A stretch of DNA of 64,000 nt from positions 1 through 64,000 of the IMG/VR virus record IMGVR_UViG_3300033153_008530; one strand, 5' to 3'. The DNA comes from a virus. This document shows positions 36,794 through 49,000 of the stretch, piece after piece; the stretch's first letter is position 1; each line of letters starts with the position of its first letter. The position numbers were made by a program, and so were the translations under genes. The notes beneath the pieces were generated by a model. The model was not told the origin of the DNA. It ran no database searches and worked only from the letters and a program-made list of their open reading frames with translations.

Positions 36794-39700
36794 TTATCTA
36801 AAACGTTGTCTTATTGCATTATGATTTTTAACAGCATTTGCAGGATCAATACTTGAACCTGTTATACCAAATAGTTTAAAGAAGTGATTCCAAGCTTTTG
36901 CAGAACCTTGTTTCTGCCATGAATATGGGCCAACATCTTGTTGATAGAATCTTCTATCATCTCCTGTAAGACTCTGATAAAAGTCAACTACGAGTTTGCC
37001 ATAACCATCAAGAGTAGGGCCAAATACCACTGAAGTAACATTCTTTAATTGTAATAAATCTCCAAGACCATACCCTGGTAGTGGAATAAATTGTTCATTC
37101 TCTGCACGTATATTCATTAACAACCATAATCCATGATTGGCCATCCAGCCAGTCCATTGAAAGTCTTCATCTTTACCTTGTTTTGTTCTTAACTTCTTAT
37201 ATTTCTCCTCATCGTCTGGATCCCATCCATATAGTAATGCCATTAATAATACAAGTGAACTCAACATAGCAACTTCAACTCCTGTTTTCATTAATGCCTG
37301 TTTTTCTTCAGGTGTAGCATACATCATTTCTTTCCCTCCTGACTTAAGTCCTCTTCCTAACCACTTCATTGACCTTACATAATAACCCATTGATGATTCT
37401 CCAAGGCCAATATTATATCTTTCCTGTGGATCCTTCCAACTTCCTTTATATGACCATCTATTTACCATCATTGGTACAAAATATCTTCTTAAGAAACTTA
37501 CCATTCTAAAAGCTAAGTATCTCTGAGCTTCAGGTTGATCAAATTTTGAGTATGCTCCTTGTAGATTATTGTTCACCATATGAATTCTATTTTTCATTTG
37601 ATGAAATTTAGTACCACCTAGATCCCATGACTTATCTTCTACGTCATCTCTTAATTTAATTTGTTGATCAACTGTCTCATACGCATGTAATAATGATATT
37701 TCAGTACCATCTTTAAGTTTTACTTTCTGATGTTCCATCATCCCTGCAAATGTTTGGAGTGTTGCTTCAATCTCCATCCACTTTCTTGGTGAGTACATCC
37801 ATGATGTTCCAATGGCATCCATTAAAAACCCTCTAGAAGATGAATCTCCTAGTTTAGACTCAGTTCTTCCTTGGACAGCATCATACTCATCCATTAACTG
37901 TAATTTATGTGTTTTTGGACCACGTTTATAAATTTGTGCACTCATTTCTATTGCTGTTGCAGCTGACCATACTCTCCCTTTTGCATATGAGATTGGTGTC
38001 ATGTATCTGCCTGCTGTTGTTTCAATAGTTGCTTGAAACATGGCCCCATATCTGTTCTTTAATGCTGACGGTATGTTTAATGCAAAGAAAGCAAACGAGG
38101 CACGTCCCATAATTGCATTTACTGTCTTATGTAATGTATTATTATCTTTTCCCAATCCTGTCAATGTCTGACCTTCAAATTCCCTTTCATAGAAACCATT
38201 CACCATCATTGCTCTAACATTCTTATCCTTCTTATTACGATATGTAAACATACCTTTATTGAGAAAGTTTTGTTTCTGAATCTCTTTTATCTGATTTGCA
38301 GGATCATGTAGGGTATCTCTTAATGCTGCTGCAACTGGGTTGATCTCAGTTTTCTTAGATTGCTCATTTAAACTCTGATTATATATTATAAGTGCTTTTA
38401 CTACATCTAATGAAACCTGATCTAAAGGTATATCATATATACCTTTTACAGGTATATTTACAGTCTTATCAAATAAACCAGCATTTGTTAAATTATCTGT
38501 CTCATCATAGTTTAAATCATTATAATGATCATATTCTGTCTCAACGAAAAAATCCTTTATTCCCTGCCATATGGTTTTAACTTTACTATATGCTTTTTTA
38601 CCAGTTCCTTTGGCTTTTAAATATTCAAAGTTTGACATTGGGAGACGTGGTACATCCAAATATAATCTACTTTCTTCTTCTGAATCACTTTGAAAGTCTA
38701 ATGAGGCTTTTACTAACTTTTCAATTAATTTAAAACGCTCTGGATCTTCACGTTTAATTCTAAAATAATCTTCATTTCTAAAGATATCAGGTACACCTGG
38801 GGCTAGATCTTTCCCTTCTTTTGGTAACCATCTTCCCCTATTGTCAACGGTCTCTCCAACTATTTTTGGAGTTTTTAATTGAATAGTTTCTCCTGTTTCC
38901 TCATCCACATATGAATCCTTTACTTTTCTATCAAAATACTCAAAGGTTGGGACACCTACAATTGGATCTCCTATTTGCTTACCTTCTTTATCTCTTATTA
39001 TTGTTGTTTCATAATACTCTTCATCATTTGGTCTTACAACTGTCCATGCATAAACAATGTCATATCTTTTAACATGAGATTCACTAGCTTTATCATAAAC
39101 CTTTTTATCAATATGATTCTTATCAAACCAGTCTTTAAATTTATCATCTTGAGATAGCATTTTAAGAACTAAACTTCTATTATTTAAAAATGCAGCAACG
39201 TTTGCTTTGGTTACTTCATTTGTTTTGAGTTTTAGGATCATATCTGTTGTATCAACCTTACTTAAGTAGTTATTTATTATATCTAAATAATATTCAGTTG
39301 GCTCTTTATGTTGAAGTTCATTTAATTCACCAAACAAAGAGAATAACTCAGATCTTTCAAATTTATTGAGACCAATTTTTACTTTCTCACCTGTTATAGG
39401 ATCTATAGACATTCCCTCATCCATAATTTTTCTAAGAACAGACCATCTATCTATTTCAGATTGAGTAGGTTGTATATCATTTTTGAGTTTATATTGTATT
39501 TCGTCAAACTCTTCTTTTTCCTGTAGTGTTAATCCGCTATATCCGGCAACTCTTTCTTTTGCCTCAATTAATTCTTCTTGTAATGCTTTAATATGTGCTA
39601 TGAGTTTATCAGCCATATCTGTTCCTTCAGGTTGACCATCAACATCTTTATATGGCCCAATTGAGTCAAAGATTTGAGTATATATATCTGAAAGGTCAAG

Positions 39701-42700
39701 TTTTTCCTGAGTTTCTTCTGGAAGTTTTGATATAAGCTCACTTAATCTTGCACTTATGTCAGCTCTTGTATCATAAAATTCTTTTTTAACCTGGACTCTT
39801 GTATTGTTAGTTACCCACTCTTCTAATTTAACTTTAATCTCATCTTCATTAAGACCAAATCCCTCTAACTCTGTTCTATAATCCTCATACTTTCTTTGCC
39901 ATAGGTTTGGTGACTCAGTGTATTCAAAGAACTTACGTGAATCTTCATTATATTGTTTTAATATCATAGCAACATCAAGATCATTATGCGCATCCTTTGC
40001 TCCTGCAATCTTTCTATTACCGTTTAAGTCTGTTAATGATGATAATTGTCTAAGTTGTCTTAAAAGAGCTTTTTTATCATCTAAATTCTCTATTTTTTGT
40101 GTTTCATTGCCTGCTATTCTATCTAGATTTGACAATGCTTCTAATATCTGTTGTCTTCCCGTCCACGCCTTTTGACCAGCAGGTGTATCAAATACTTGCT
40201 GTCTATCATAGTATACTTGGGTAAAAGGTCTCCAATAATAATCTCTTAAAAATTTTCTAAATTTGTTTGATGCATCAATAATACCTGTTTTATTTCCAGT
40301 TTCAACAGCATCATTTTTTGCTTGTTGAATTGCATTAAGATGTTCCTGATATGCTTTCCTATTTCCAATAAAAGGATTTAAGAATGTATAAATCTCTCTT
40401 TCTTCCCATGTTACTTCACCCTCTTCAGTCTCAACTCTTTTAAGAAGGATGTCTACAAATGTTGTTTTTTCTCCTATTGCTCGTGGATTCATACTTACAT
40501 TTGCAGCTTTAATATCAGCCTCCATTATCTTAAGAAATCCGTTTGTTTCTTTGTTTGTCTTGACAATTATATCAGATATTGCATTTTTTACAAAGACTGC
40601 TAATGACGAAATAACAGGATCTGCATTATACATAAATCCCTCAAAGAAACTATTTGCCCAATGGGCATCTCCTAATTCTCCTTTAAGAGTCTTGAGCATT
40701 TGGGGTTTTGTCAAGTTTAACTTATCAAAATCTGCTTTTAATTTTTTTAAGTATTTATCTCTTGCTTTTCCTTCTGGTCTTACTTCCTCAGCATGTTTTT
40801 TTAATTCTTCATAACGTATTTTAATATTTTCTAACATTGGTTCAAGCTGCTCCATTAAAGCATCTTGTAAACCATATAGATATATACCCTTTATTGTTTC
40901 CTGAGCATGGGTGATTTCTGTTCTTATATCTTTTATGATATCAAAAAATGGTGAACGTCTATTTATAGACTTACCTTCTTTATTTAATTGTTCTATTATA
41001 GATGTAAGATCCTTATCAAATTGATCCCAGTACTTAATTATCTCCTTATAATAAAAGGCTTTCTGTAAGTTATCTTTGTTATTTGGATCTCGTGATATCT
41101 CATCAAGATGATCATTTATCTTTACTAACATATCTCTAGTCTGAAGCATGTTGGTTACTAGACTTTCTTGATGTTGTCTCACATAATCAACGTCCTCACT
41201 TAATTTCATCATCTCTTTCTCTAGATTCTCTGCAGATAGGTTTTCCATTGTTTGATAGTTACGTAAACTCTTTTGTATCCCAGATAAATAACCACGCCCT
41301 TCTTCTGTAGCAAGTATTTCTTTCATGGCCTCATAATTCTTATTATTAAGAACTTCTTTTATCTGTCTACTAACTGTATCATAATATGCATTTGTTATCT
41401 GTAACAAATCTGAATTTTTTAAATTAGCAAGACTATCAGAAAATTTGTTTAAGTTACTTGCATATGCTGCAACATCTTTATCTGTGATTATCTCAGTGTC
41501 AATCTGAAACTGCTCACTAACTAACATATCTGCAAGTTCACTAAGAGTTGTATTTTCAGATAGATTTTCAATTTTTACTTTTCCAAACACTTTTCTTAAA
41601 AGTTGTTTTAAAGCAAATACTATCTTATTAATTACTTTTTGAAATGCTGATGGGGCTTTTAAGTCTTCTGTATTAACTTTACTCTTCTCCGCAAGGGCCC
41701 TAACTATGGCTTCTTCTTTGAAATATTTGTAAGTTTCATCATATTCTTCCTTTAGATTCTCAATTATCTCTTTTCCTTCCTTTGTTTTTACTAGATCCTC
41801 ATAGATCTTGTTAAACAATCTGGGATTCTGAGCCCCAATTGAGCGCACCAATGGATGAGCAAACTCATGTAATACATCTTGTAATGATGCATTATCTCCT
41901 ACTAAGAACACTTTACCATCAAAGAAGAATGCATTCTGGCCCTCATATGGATATATTGTATTTTTTAAAAGGTCAACAGCCTGTTCAGATGTAATAACAT
42001 TAAAAGGAATGCCTAGATTAATAGAAAGATGATTGGCAAGCTTGTAAAGGATCTCTTTAGCTTTGAGTTTCTTTTGTGATTCAACATCCATTTCTATTGG
42101 TGCTACTTCAGGATCCTTTTCTTCTAATATAGCTTCTACAACAGTTTCTTCAGTAGTAGATTCCTCTAATCCATACATTAATGGATTTTTATAATTATAA
42201 TTTGATAAATCAACTAAATAACCACCTGCATCATTTTTAATTCCAGATATTTTGTGTACATATTTTAACTTAATACCAGGCATTGATGAAAGTGTGTTAT
42301 AGAGAGCACCAGTAGTTAAAGGTTGATTGTTTGTTTCAGCAAAAAGAGCCTTTACATATTTCACCATCTTACTATTGTCCTTGTATTTATAAATATTTAA
42401 AGCCTTTTTTATATCTTCAATTGTTCTTGGAAAATTTATTTCCATCATATCAAAAGTAACGGGATCTTCATCATATAATTTATCAAAAATCTGTCTTATA
42501 ATATTATCTACTTTTTCTTGTTTAACTTGATTATATTTTTTAGTATAGTCTTTTTTACTTATTTTTTCACCATTTTCTCTATATACTGGTTGTTTTCCGT
42601 CTTCTAAAAATGCAGTATATTTTTCAGCTCCAAATTCAAAACTCTCAAAAGCTACAAATTGTGCTACTTCTTCTGGACCTGCATATATTAAAGCTGTTTG

Positions 42701-45700
42701 TTTACTTGATTGAAGCAGATTTGCTAATTCAAATCCAGAAAAATACATTGGCATATCTTTTCCAAATCTATTTATATGTCTTTGTATAGCTTCATTAACT
42801 AAAGGTCTAAAATAATTTTCTTCTACAGTAAGTGCTTGAGATAACTGATTTAAATCTGTAGTTTTAACTTTTTCTATAGCTTTATCTCTCTCAACTTCAG
42901 CCTTTTGCATCTCTTCTAATAAAATATAGTCAAGCTCCTGTTTTTTCTTATCACTTATTTTAGTTCTTTTATTAATGATTACATTCTTTAAGGCAGCTGA
43001 TAAAAAGATTTGTGCGTTATACTCAATGTTTGATGCATACTTAACAAACATATCTAGTGTCATATGCTTTTTTACATCATTTATTAATTTATGTTTTTTA
43101 TTGGTTTGTTCACTATATATTAGTTGTTGTTTAGCAAAATTTAACTCTTTATATACATGATCTTGATTTCTAATATTTGAAAATCTATTTATAATATTAA
43201 TATTTGTTCCTAATTCATCAACTCTTGGTTTTTTTACTACATTTACTTCATAAAAGGGTCTGAATCTTGAATTTCTTTCTTTAAAATATGCGAAATGTTC
43301 AGCAAGAAAGTCATTTATCTTTGCATAAACTGATCCCTCAGTCACACCTTGAGGCGTGTTACCAAGTGCTAGTTGAACCCTATTTTTCCTATCATTCATC
43401 CCTACTATCCCAATATTATTAACCTCTTCAATTATCCTGATAACTTCATCACTTACTTCTTGAGGCATAATATTAAGAATACCACCTTTTCCACGTATTG
43501 ATAAACTTGTAGGTTTATTTATGTAATCAAAAATATGTTTTTGAGTATATAATTCATCTACTTTTTTTCTTCTTCTTTTTATTTCTTTATTTACGTCTTC
43601 TATATTACCTATATATTGAAGATCTTCTTCTAATATTTCTTTAAAGCGGTCAAATAGGTTTTTTTGAGCCTCTTTTGAAACTGTTTTTATTGATCTCTCT
43701 ATCTGTAAATTTTTTACTGCTTCATCTATATTTGAAGGATCTATTTGTGAGATACTTATAGTCTTATTATAATAGTTCCTTATACCAATAGCGTGGCCTG
43801 CAGCAGATACTAAATAATTTAAACCTGTACTTATTGCTGGCCCATGCTGGGCAAAAAGCATGTCCCAATCAAAGCTAATACTCTCACTATTTAAGCTATC
43901 TAGCTTCTTTTTCCATCTTCTATTTAAATTAAATAAATGATCATCAAATTCTTCCTCAATTTTTTGATTTATATCTACATCATCATCTACTTTACTTTTA
44001 ACTAATTCTCTTATATGTTCTATATGATCATTCTGTATTTCATGAAGAATTACAGCATCTTTTTGAGAAGATGAAGGGTCTGAATAAAAATATGTTAAAG
44101 TTGCAAAGGCTGAAGGAGAACCAAAATCATGCATATAAAAATGTCCTCCACGTTGCATGGCTTCTTTATTAAATATTATTGATATTTTTTCATGTAAAAC
44201 TTGATCAACATGAACAGGAGTACTTTCTTTTAATGTAGTTAATACTCCTGGATCTATCACATCCTGAGCATTAAGAGCTGTAATTAGAAACTGTCGTTCT
44301 TCATATGGTAAATTTCTTATTTGATCTTCTGTAAGATTATTATAATGATCCATTTGTTCAACGGTTAAAGAGACATCAGCCTGTCTTCCCCCTGAATCTA
44401 ATCTTGTAAATGTGTTATTTACACCATAAGAAAGATGATCATTTTCATTCATAAAGGATAATAAATAATGAGCCTGCATGAATGCTTCTAATTCTTTAAT
44501 TAATTCAATACCTTTTATTGATTTTAATTTTGGATTTTCCTTTTTTATAAGATTAAGAATATCCTGATAAATACCTTTATCAAATTTTGGAAAACCTTCT
44601 AATTTAAGAGACTGATTAAGTGGAATGGATCTATCCCCATATTTTTCAATAAATTCAGAAACACTTCTTAATGAGGGTACTTTCTCTATATATTTTTTAG
44701 AAGTCTCTAACCTCTTTACTAGAGTTGGATCAACTTTCTTTTTTAAATCTTTACTTGCATCAAAAGATAATCTAAAGTGTTTTCTAATGTTAGGAGCTGC
44801 CAAAGTGGATTTAATTATTTTATTTATTGTTTTTGGAAGATACCTTGTTCTCTTTTTAAATTGATTATTAAGTTTCTTTATAATAGCAGATGATTCAATA
44901 ACTAAATCATTATTTTCTTTTTCTACAACAGCCTGGTATGACAACATACTTTCATGGAGAGATCCATACATTTTGTGATACTCATCAAAAGTCATTAGAT
45001 CTGTTAAATCTGATGTAAGTATTCTATATGCTGCATGATCCCATAGATTATTATCTTCATCTTTTAATTCAGCCGTTAAAGATCTCCATGAACTAAATAA
45101 ATCCTTAAACCATTTAATAAATGCTTTTAAGAAACTATAGTCTTCAGGTGTTGCAGCTTTTTTGTTTTGTACTCTCTCTATGGCATCAGCAATTAACTGA
45201 CCTATTGATTCTTCTGTAAGTGTATCTAGTAATTCTGAGGACACGTTAGAAGGGTCAATCACTGGTGTATCGCCTGAATACACATCCTTATATGATACAT
45301 CTTTTAGTAATTCTTGTAATTTATCAGATCTTTTTGCAGCCTCCCAGAGTTCTTTCTTTAATCCAGAATCTTCTTTTAACAATCTATAAAAAAAATGCGC
45401 TGCTTCTTCAGGGACCTTATCCCATGCTTTCTTTCTTTTTGTAATCTCATCTACAATGTCAACAGAACCATTCATAAAGTTGGCCACAGCTAATGCAGAT
45501 TTTACTACATCCCCTCTCTCAGATAATATTCTGGGAACTAAGTTTATGTCAACTCCAAGTTTTTCTAAGAACTGTTGAACAACGTCTATTGTACCAGAAT
45601 AAAATCTCCAGTTATCTTTATATTCATTTTTTAGGATACCAAACAAACTAGTTTGATCTGTAGTCTCTACTATCTTATCTAATTCACTGTTAGTTAATGC

Positions 45701-46054
45701 AGGTTTAGTATCTTCAAAATCTTCAACAATATGTAAATATAGCTTTTCAGTTAAGTCTTTTCCAATATAACTTGTGAATATAGGGTCATTAAATAGCTTA
45801 TCATTAGCCGCCTCTATTATAATTCTAGATGGCGTATTAGGTGTAAAAGCGTCTCTAGATTCTTCATCCACATATTGATCTAAAAGTAATGCAGCCTCAT
45901 TAAAATTATTCTCTAAAAAATTCTGATATAATGAAATTTTAGGTTCTACTATCTCATTGTTTCTTCCCCAGCTCTTCCAAGCTCCATCATCTTTTAGAAT
46001 CTCAACTGACTTTTTCCATTCTCGTGTGTTTGTATTTGGACATGTTGCTCCCAT
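36794..46054 (-). CDS. giant virion-ejected polyvalent protein with zincin-like domains
   Basis: 3086 aa next to the RNAP gene; HEFAH..EEAIV, EEAAH and HEIQND motifs; hydrophobic C-terminal region. Confidence 0.75.
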   Translation of the reverse strand: MGATCPNTNTREWKKSVEILKDDGAWKSWGRNNEIVEPKISLYQNFLENNFNEAALLLDQYVDEESRDAFTPNTPSRIIIEAANDKLFNDPIFTSYIGKDLTEKLYLHIVEDFEDTKPALTNSELDKIVETTDQTSLFGILKNEYKDNWRFYSGTIDVVQQFLEKLGVDINLVPRILSERGDVVKSALAVANFMNGSVDIVDEITKRKKAWDKVPEEAAHFFYRLLKEDSGLKKELWEAAKRSDKLQELLKDVSYKDVYSGDTPVIDPSNVSSELLDTLTEESIGQLIADAIERVQNKKAATPEDYSFLKAFIKWFKDLFSSWRSLTAELKDEDNNLWDHAAYRILTSDLTDLMTFDEYHKMYGSLHESMLSYQAVVEKENNDLVIESSAIIKKLNNQFKKRTRYLPKTINKIIKSTLAAPNIRKHFRLSFDASKDLKKKVDPTLVKRLETSKKYIEKVPSLRSVSEFIEKYGDRSIPLNQSLKLEGFPKFDKGIYQDILNLIKKENPKLKSIKGIELIKELEAFMQAHYLLSFMNENDHLSYGVNNTFTRLDSGGRQADVSLTVEQMDHYNNLTEDQIRNLPYEERQFLITALNAQDVIDPGVLTTLKESTPVHVDQVLHEKISIIFNKEAMQRGGHFYMHDFGSPSAFATLTYFYSDPSSSQKDAVILHEIQNDHIEHIRELVKSKVDDDVDINQKIEEEFDDHLFNLNRRWKKKLDSLNSESISFDWDMLFAQHGPAISTGLNYLVSAAGHAIGIRNYYNKTISISQIDPSNIDEAVKNLQIERSIKTVSKEAQKNLFDRFKEILEEDLQYIGNIEDVNKEIKRRRKKVDELYTQKHIFDYINKPTSLSIRGKGGILNIMPQEVSDEVIRIIEEVNNIGIVGMNDRKNRVQLALGNTPQGVTEGSVYAKINDFLAEHFAYFKERNSRFRPFYEVNVVKKPRVDELGTNINIINRFSNIRNQDHVYKELNFAKQQLIYSEQTNKKHKLINDVKKHMTLDMFVKYASNIEYNAQIFLSAALKNVIINKRTKISDKKKQELDYILLEEMQKAEVERDKAIEKVKTTDLNQLSQALTVEENYFRPLVNEAIQRHINRFGKDMPMYFSGFELANLLQSSKQTALIYAGPEEVAQFVAFESFEFGAEKYTAFLEDGKQPVYRENGEKISKKDYTKKYNQVKQEKVDNIIRQIFDKLYDEDPVTFDMMEINFPRTIEDIKKALNIYKYKDNSKMVKYVKALFAETNNQPLTTGALYNTLSSMPGIKLKYVHKISGIKNDAGGYLVDLSNYNYKNPLMYGLEESTTEETVVEAILEEKDPEVAPIEMDVESQKKLKAKEILYKLANHLSINLGIPFNVITSEQAVDLLKNTIYPYEGQNAFFFDGKVFLVGDNASLQDVLHEFAHPLVRSIGAQNPRLFNKIYEDLVKTKEGKEIIENLKEEYDETYKYFKEEAIVRALAEKSKVNTEDLKAPSAFQKVINKIVFALKQLLRKVFGKVKIENLSENTTLSELADMLVSEQFQIDTEIITDKDVAAYASNLNKFSDSLANLKNSDLLQITNAYYDTVSRQIKEVLNNKNYEAMKEILATEEGRGYLSGIQKSLRNYQTMENLSAENLEKEMMKLSEDVDYVRQHQESLVTNMLQTRDMLVKINDHLDEISRDPNNKDNLQKAFYYKEIIKYWDQFDKDLTSIIEQLNKEGKSINRRSPFFDIIKDIRTEITHAQETIKGIYLYGLQDALMEQLEPMLENIKIRYEELKKHAEEVRPEGKARDKYLKKLKADFDKLNLTKPQMLKTLKGELGDAHWANSFFEGFMYNADPVISSLAVFVKNAISDIIVKTNKETNGFLKIMEADIKAANVSMNPRAIGEKTTFVDILLKRVETEEGEVTWEEREIYTFLNPFIGNRKAYQEHLNAIQQAKNDAVETGNKTGIIDASNKFRKFLRDYYWRPFTQVYYDRQQVFDTPAGQKAWTGRQQILEALSNLDRIAGNETQKIENLDDKKALLRQLRQLSSLTDLNGNRKIAGAKDAHNDLDVAMILKQYNEDSRKFFEYTESPNLWQRKYEDYRTELEGFGLNEDEIKVKLEEWVTNNTRVQVKKEFYDTRADISARLSELISKLPEETQEKLDLSDIYTQIFDSIGPYKDVDGQPEGTDMADKLIAHIKALQEELIEAKERVAGYSGLTLQEKEEFDEIQYKLKNDIQPTQSEIDRWSVLRKIMDEGMSIDPITGEKVKIGLNKFERSELFSLFGELNELQHKEPTEYYLDIINNYLSKVDTTDMILKLKTNEVTKANVAAFLNNRSLVLKMLSQDDKFKDWFDKNHIDKKVYDKASESHVKRYDIVYAWTVVRPNDEEYYETTIIRDKEGKQIGDPIVGVPTFEYFDRKVKDSYVDEETGETIQLKTPKIVGETVDNRGRWLPKEGKDLAPGVPDIFRNEDYFRIKREDPERFKLIEKLVKASLDFQSDSEEESRLYLDVPRLPMSNFEYLKAKGTGKKAYSKVKTIWQGIKDFFVETEYDHYNDLNYDETDNLTNAGLFDKTVNIPVKGIYDIPLDQVSLDVVKALIIYNQSLNEQSKKTEINPVAAALRDTLHDPANQIKEIQKQNFLNKGMFTYRNKKDKNVRAMMVNGFYEREFEGQTLTGLGKDNNTLHKTVNAIMGRASFAFFALNIPSALKNRYGAMFQATIETTAGRYMTPISYAKGRVWSAATAIEMSAQIYKRGPKTHKLQLMDEYDAVQGRTESKLGDSSSRGFLMDAIGTSWMYSPRKWMEIEATLQTFAGMMEHQKVKLKDGTEISLLHAYETVDQQIKLRDDVEDKSWDLGGTKFHQMKNRIHMVNNNLQGAYSKFDQPEAQRYLAFRMVSFLRRYFVPMMVNRWSYKGSWKDPQERYNIGLGESSMGYYVRSMKWLGRGLKSGGKEMMYATPEEKQALMKTGVEVAMLSSLVLLMALLYGWDPDDEEKYKKLRTKQGKDEDFQWTGWMANHGLWLLMNIRAENEQFIPLPGYGLGDLLQLKNVTSVVFGPTLDGYGKLVVDFYQSLTGDDRRFYQQDVGPYSWQKQGSAKAWNHFFKLFGITGSSIDPANAVKNHNAIRQRFR

Positions 46055-46055
46055 A

Positions 46056-49000
46056 TTATGCTAAACATTTGTTTTTTAATTCTTGAATTTCATAATCACT
46101 AATAGGTTGATCTTTTTGGATTATGGCTCTTATACTGGTAGATCTTAATGATCCAGGATTAATATAACCAAATTTATCATAAAGTTTACTAGATAAGTGA
46201 ACATATGTTTTTCTTGATTTTACATTATCTAACAATTCTTTACCATATCCAGTTTTAATTAAGGCAATAGAATTGTTTCCCTTCATTAAATTAGCTATCT
46301 TATCAATAGCATTATCAATTAAGATCTTGTTTTCTTCTAATGTTTCATCAGTCATCATCTTTCCATCGTTTATTAATGGGATACCAAGACTGTTATCAAA
46401 CTCACTTAATGATTCATCTCTTCCTTTTTTTCCTCTCTCATTATATATAAAGGTTACTCCACCACTCTGAGTTGCTAAAACTTCATATTTACTTGATGAT
46501 GTTTGTGCATCATATATATAAACATCTTTAGTTTTATACTTTTTTAAGGGTATTCCTTCTTTAACTGGTACTTTCTGCTCAGATGTCATGGTACTTGCCA
46601 AAGTTTTATCAATCATATAATTTTTAGAGCGCATGTTTAATGATTTAGTTATTGCCCTATTCATTGTTATCATTCTATTTGTATAAAGTGTAAGAATCTC
46701 TTCATTTAGATTCTTAATATATGATTCATAAGGACCTTTAAGAAGTAATAATATATTACGTTGATCAATAATCCTAGTCATTGAGAGTGGGCTCTTTGTA
46801 TTTAACCCGGATTGTAAGAAGGCGTAGTAGTTAAATCTCTGAAAGAAGTTAGTTATTTTTAATTTATCCTCTGGATCATCTATTTTTATTTCACTTGGAT
46901 TACTAAGTTCTAGTAGATTCTCATGATAAACCTCTACTGTATCTGGGTCTAAAACAGTTTCTTTCAGTTTCAAGTTCTTTATTCTTTCACCAGGCTTTGC
47001 TTTTGATTGGATAATACTTTCCATTAATGGATAATCTCTTGATAATGAGGGATATTTAGCTTTAATATCCATAAACTGATTAACCATACTATTATGTCCA
47101 TAGAACATATTTCTAATATTAAGAGTATTGTCAAGAGCTTTGTCACGTAGTATCTCTTCGTAAGTGAGTAATTTCATTCTCTTCTCATACATGTTATCAG
47201 TTTCTCCTTCTTGTCTTTCTGTTTCAATAGAATCAACTTGATTCATGTTTCTCTTAAGTTTTTCTTTAAATTCTTCTTTTTTACTTTCTTCTTTAAAAGA
47301 AATAATACTTCTTAAGTATTCTCTTTCATATATAAATTTGTAAAATTCTTTTTCACTTAAAACATCTCTTGTTTTAAAAGCATCTGGAGTGAGAAGAGCA
47401 TGTCCTGATAACACCCATTCTTTCTTTACACCTTTTCCTTCTTTGTTAATCTTCTGCACCCATCTAACTCTTTTATTTTGGTCTGCATATGTTTTGTTCT
47501 TAAACATATCATTAAGAGCTTCTTTGTTAACATATAATACATTATCTTTTACATAAGCGCCTACAGTTAATACATCTACTTCTTCAACTCCAATCTTATC
47601 ATTAACTGTTAGACTTCTATATTCTTTTGTATTCTTATTAAAACCTTTTATTGAATTTTGGAATATAAAGCTTACAAGATCATTTTTCCATGCAGCAACA
47701 AACTTCTCTTGTTCATTCTGACCATAGGTTGTTCTTACTGCACCTTTTCCAGCGGCTGTATCCAAAAAGTCATATAAGAATTTATTAACTAATTCATGAT
47801 TACGAAGTGGGAAATATTTACTCCATACCTCTTCTTGAAAGTCAGGTACTGAGGCAAATGAAGATATTGGACTTTCTGTAAGCAATCTATCTAAAGGTCC
47901 TCTTGGAAACAATCCATATTTGTTAATTGTTCTCATGTTTCTTCTTCTCTCCTGAACATTATATAAAGAGGCTGCGGGATCTGTATCTAAATTTGTATTA
48001 AGTTTTACATCACGTACAGAACCAGCTATTAATTCTAACTCAATAAAGTGTAAGAATGCATCTCGTGCTGTATCATTAACAGTTCCATTTAATGCAATCT
48101 CTTTAAGTTTAGCAGGATTAAAGTTTGATGTACGTCTCTGAGCTGTAAGAAGTATGTTTGGTACACTAGGTGTATTCGTTGCATCTAACCCTAATGTGGA
48201 ATAATTATCAAATCCATTACGTGCAATTACATTTACCTTTGCTTGATATCTAGTATACTGAGTTTCATCAGGGGCCATTCCTAGAGGCATTGAAAATGAG
48301 CTACTCATAATTCTCTGTTCCTTTACGTACTCTTTTATAAGAGGATTAGAAAGGAACATAACTGCGTCAGTCAATGATACACCTGATTCAACTAATAATA
48401 ATAATATAGGTGTTAACTCAGTATTACCCTGAAGATGAAAAATCCAAGGATCTTTTTCAACATCAACCCAACCATTTATTAATTGTTCTAGTATTTGAGC
48501 TATTTCAACACCGTCTACATTATTTATATTAGATAAAGATATTACGTCATTCTTACCAACTTTAAAAGTATTATGATCTAATAAGATTCTTGTATTAAAC
48601 TCACTCTTGTCTCTCATAAAAGTTGGCATTAAATACATACCTACTCTATTAAATAATGCATTATAAGTATTTGCAATTGCTCCTTGTCCTAATGTCTTTT
48701 TACCAACGTTAAAGGCCTCATGAATATCTGTATTAAATCCTATTTCTAATATTTTTGTATGACTAATGTTTTCTGCTTCTTCACCACGTATCTGATCTAC
48801 AACATCCATTGCAAGATGATTTGAGTTTGGACGAACAAGACTTATAAAGTTATGTGGTAATTCAAGAATTTCTTTCATCTTATACATTATCTCATTCTCC
48901 ACTCCTCTAACACCTTCAGTAGATAAAATTACTTCACCTTCTTTATTTCTTCTAATATTAGGCATCATTATAGTTAACTTGTCTATGTCAAAATCAGAAC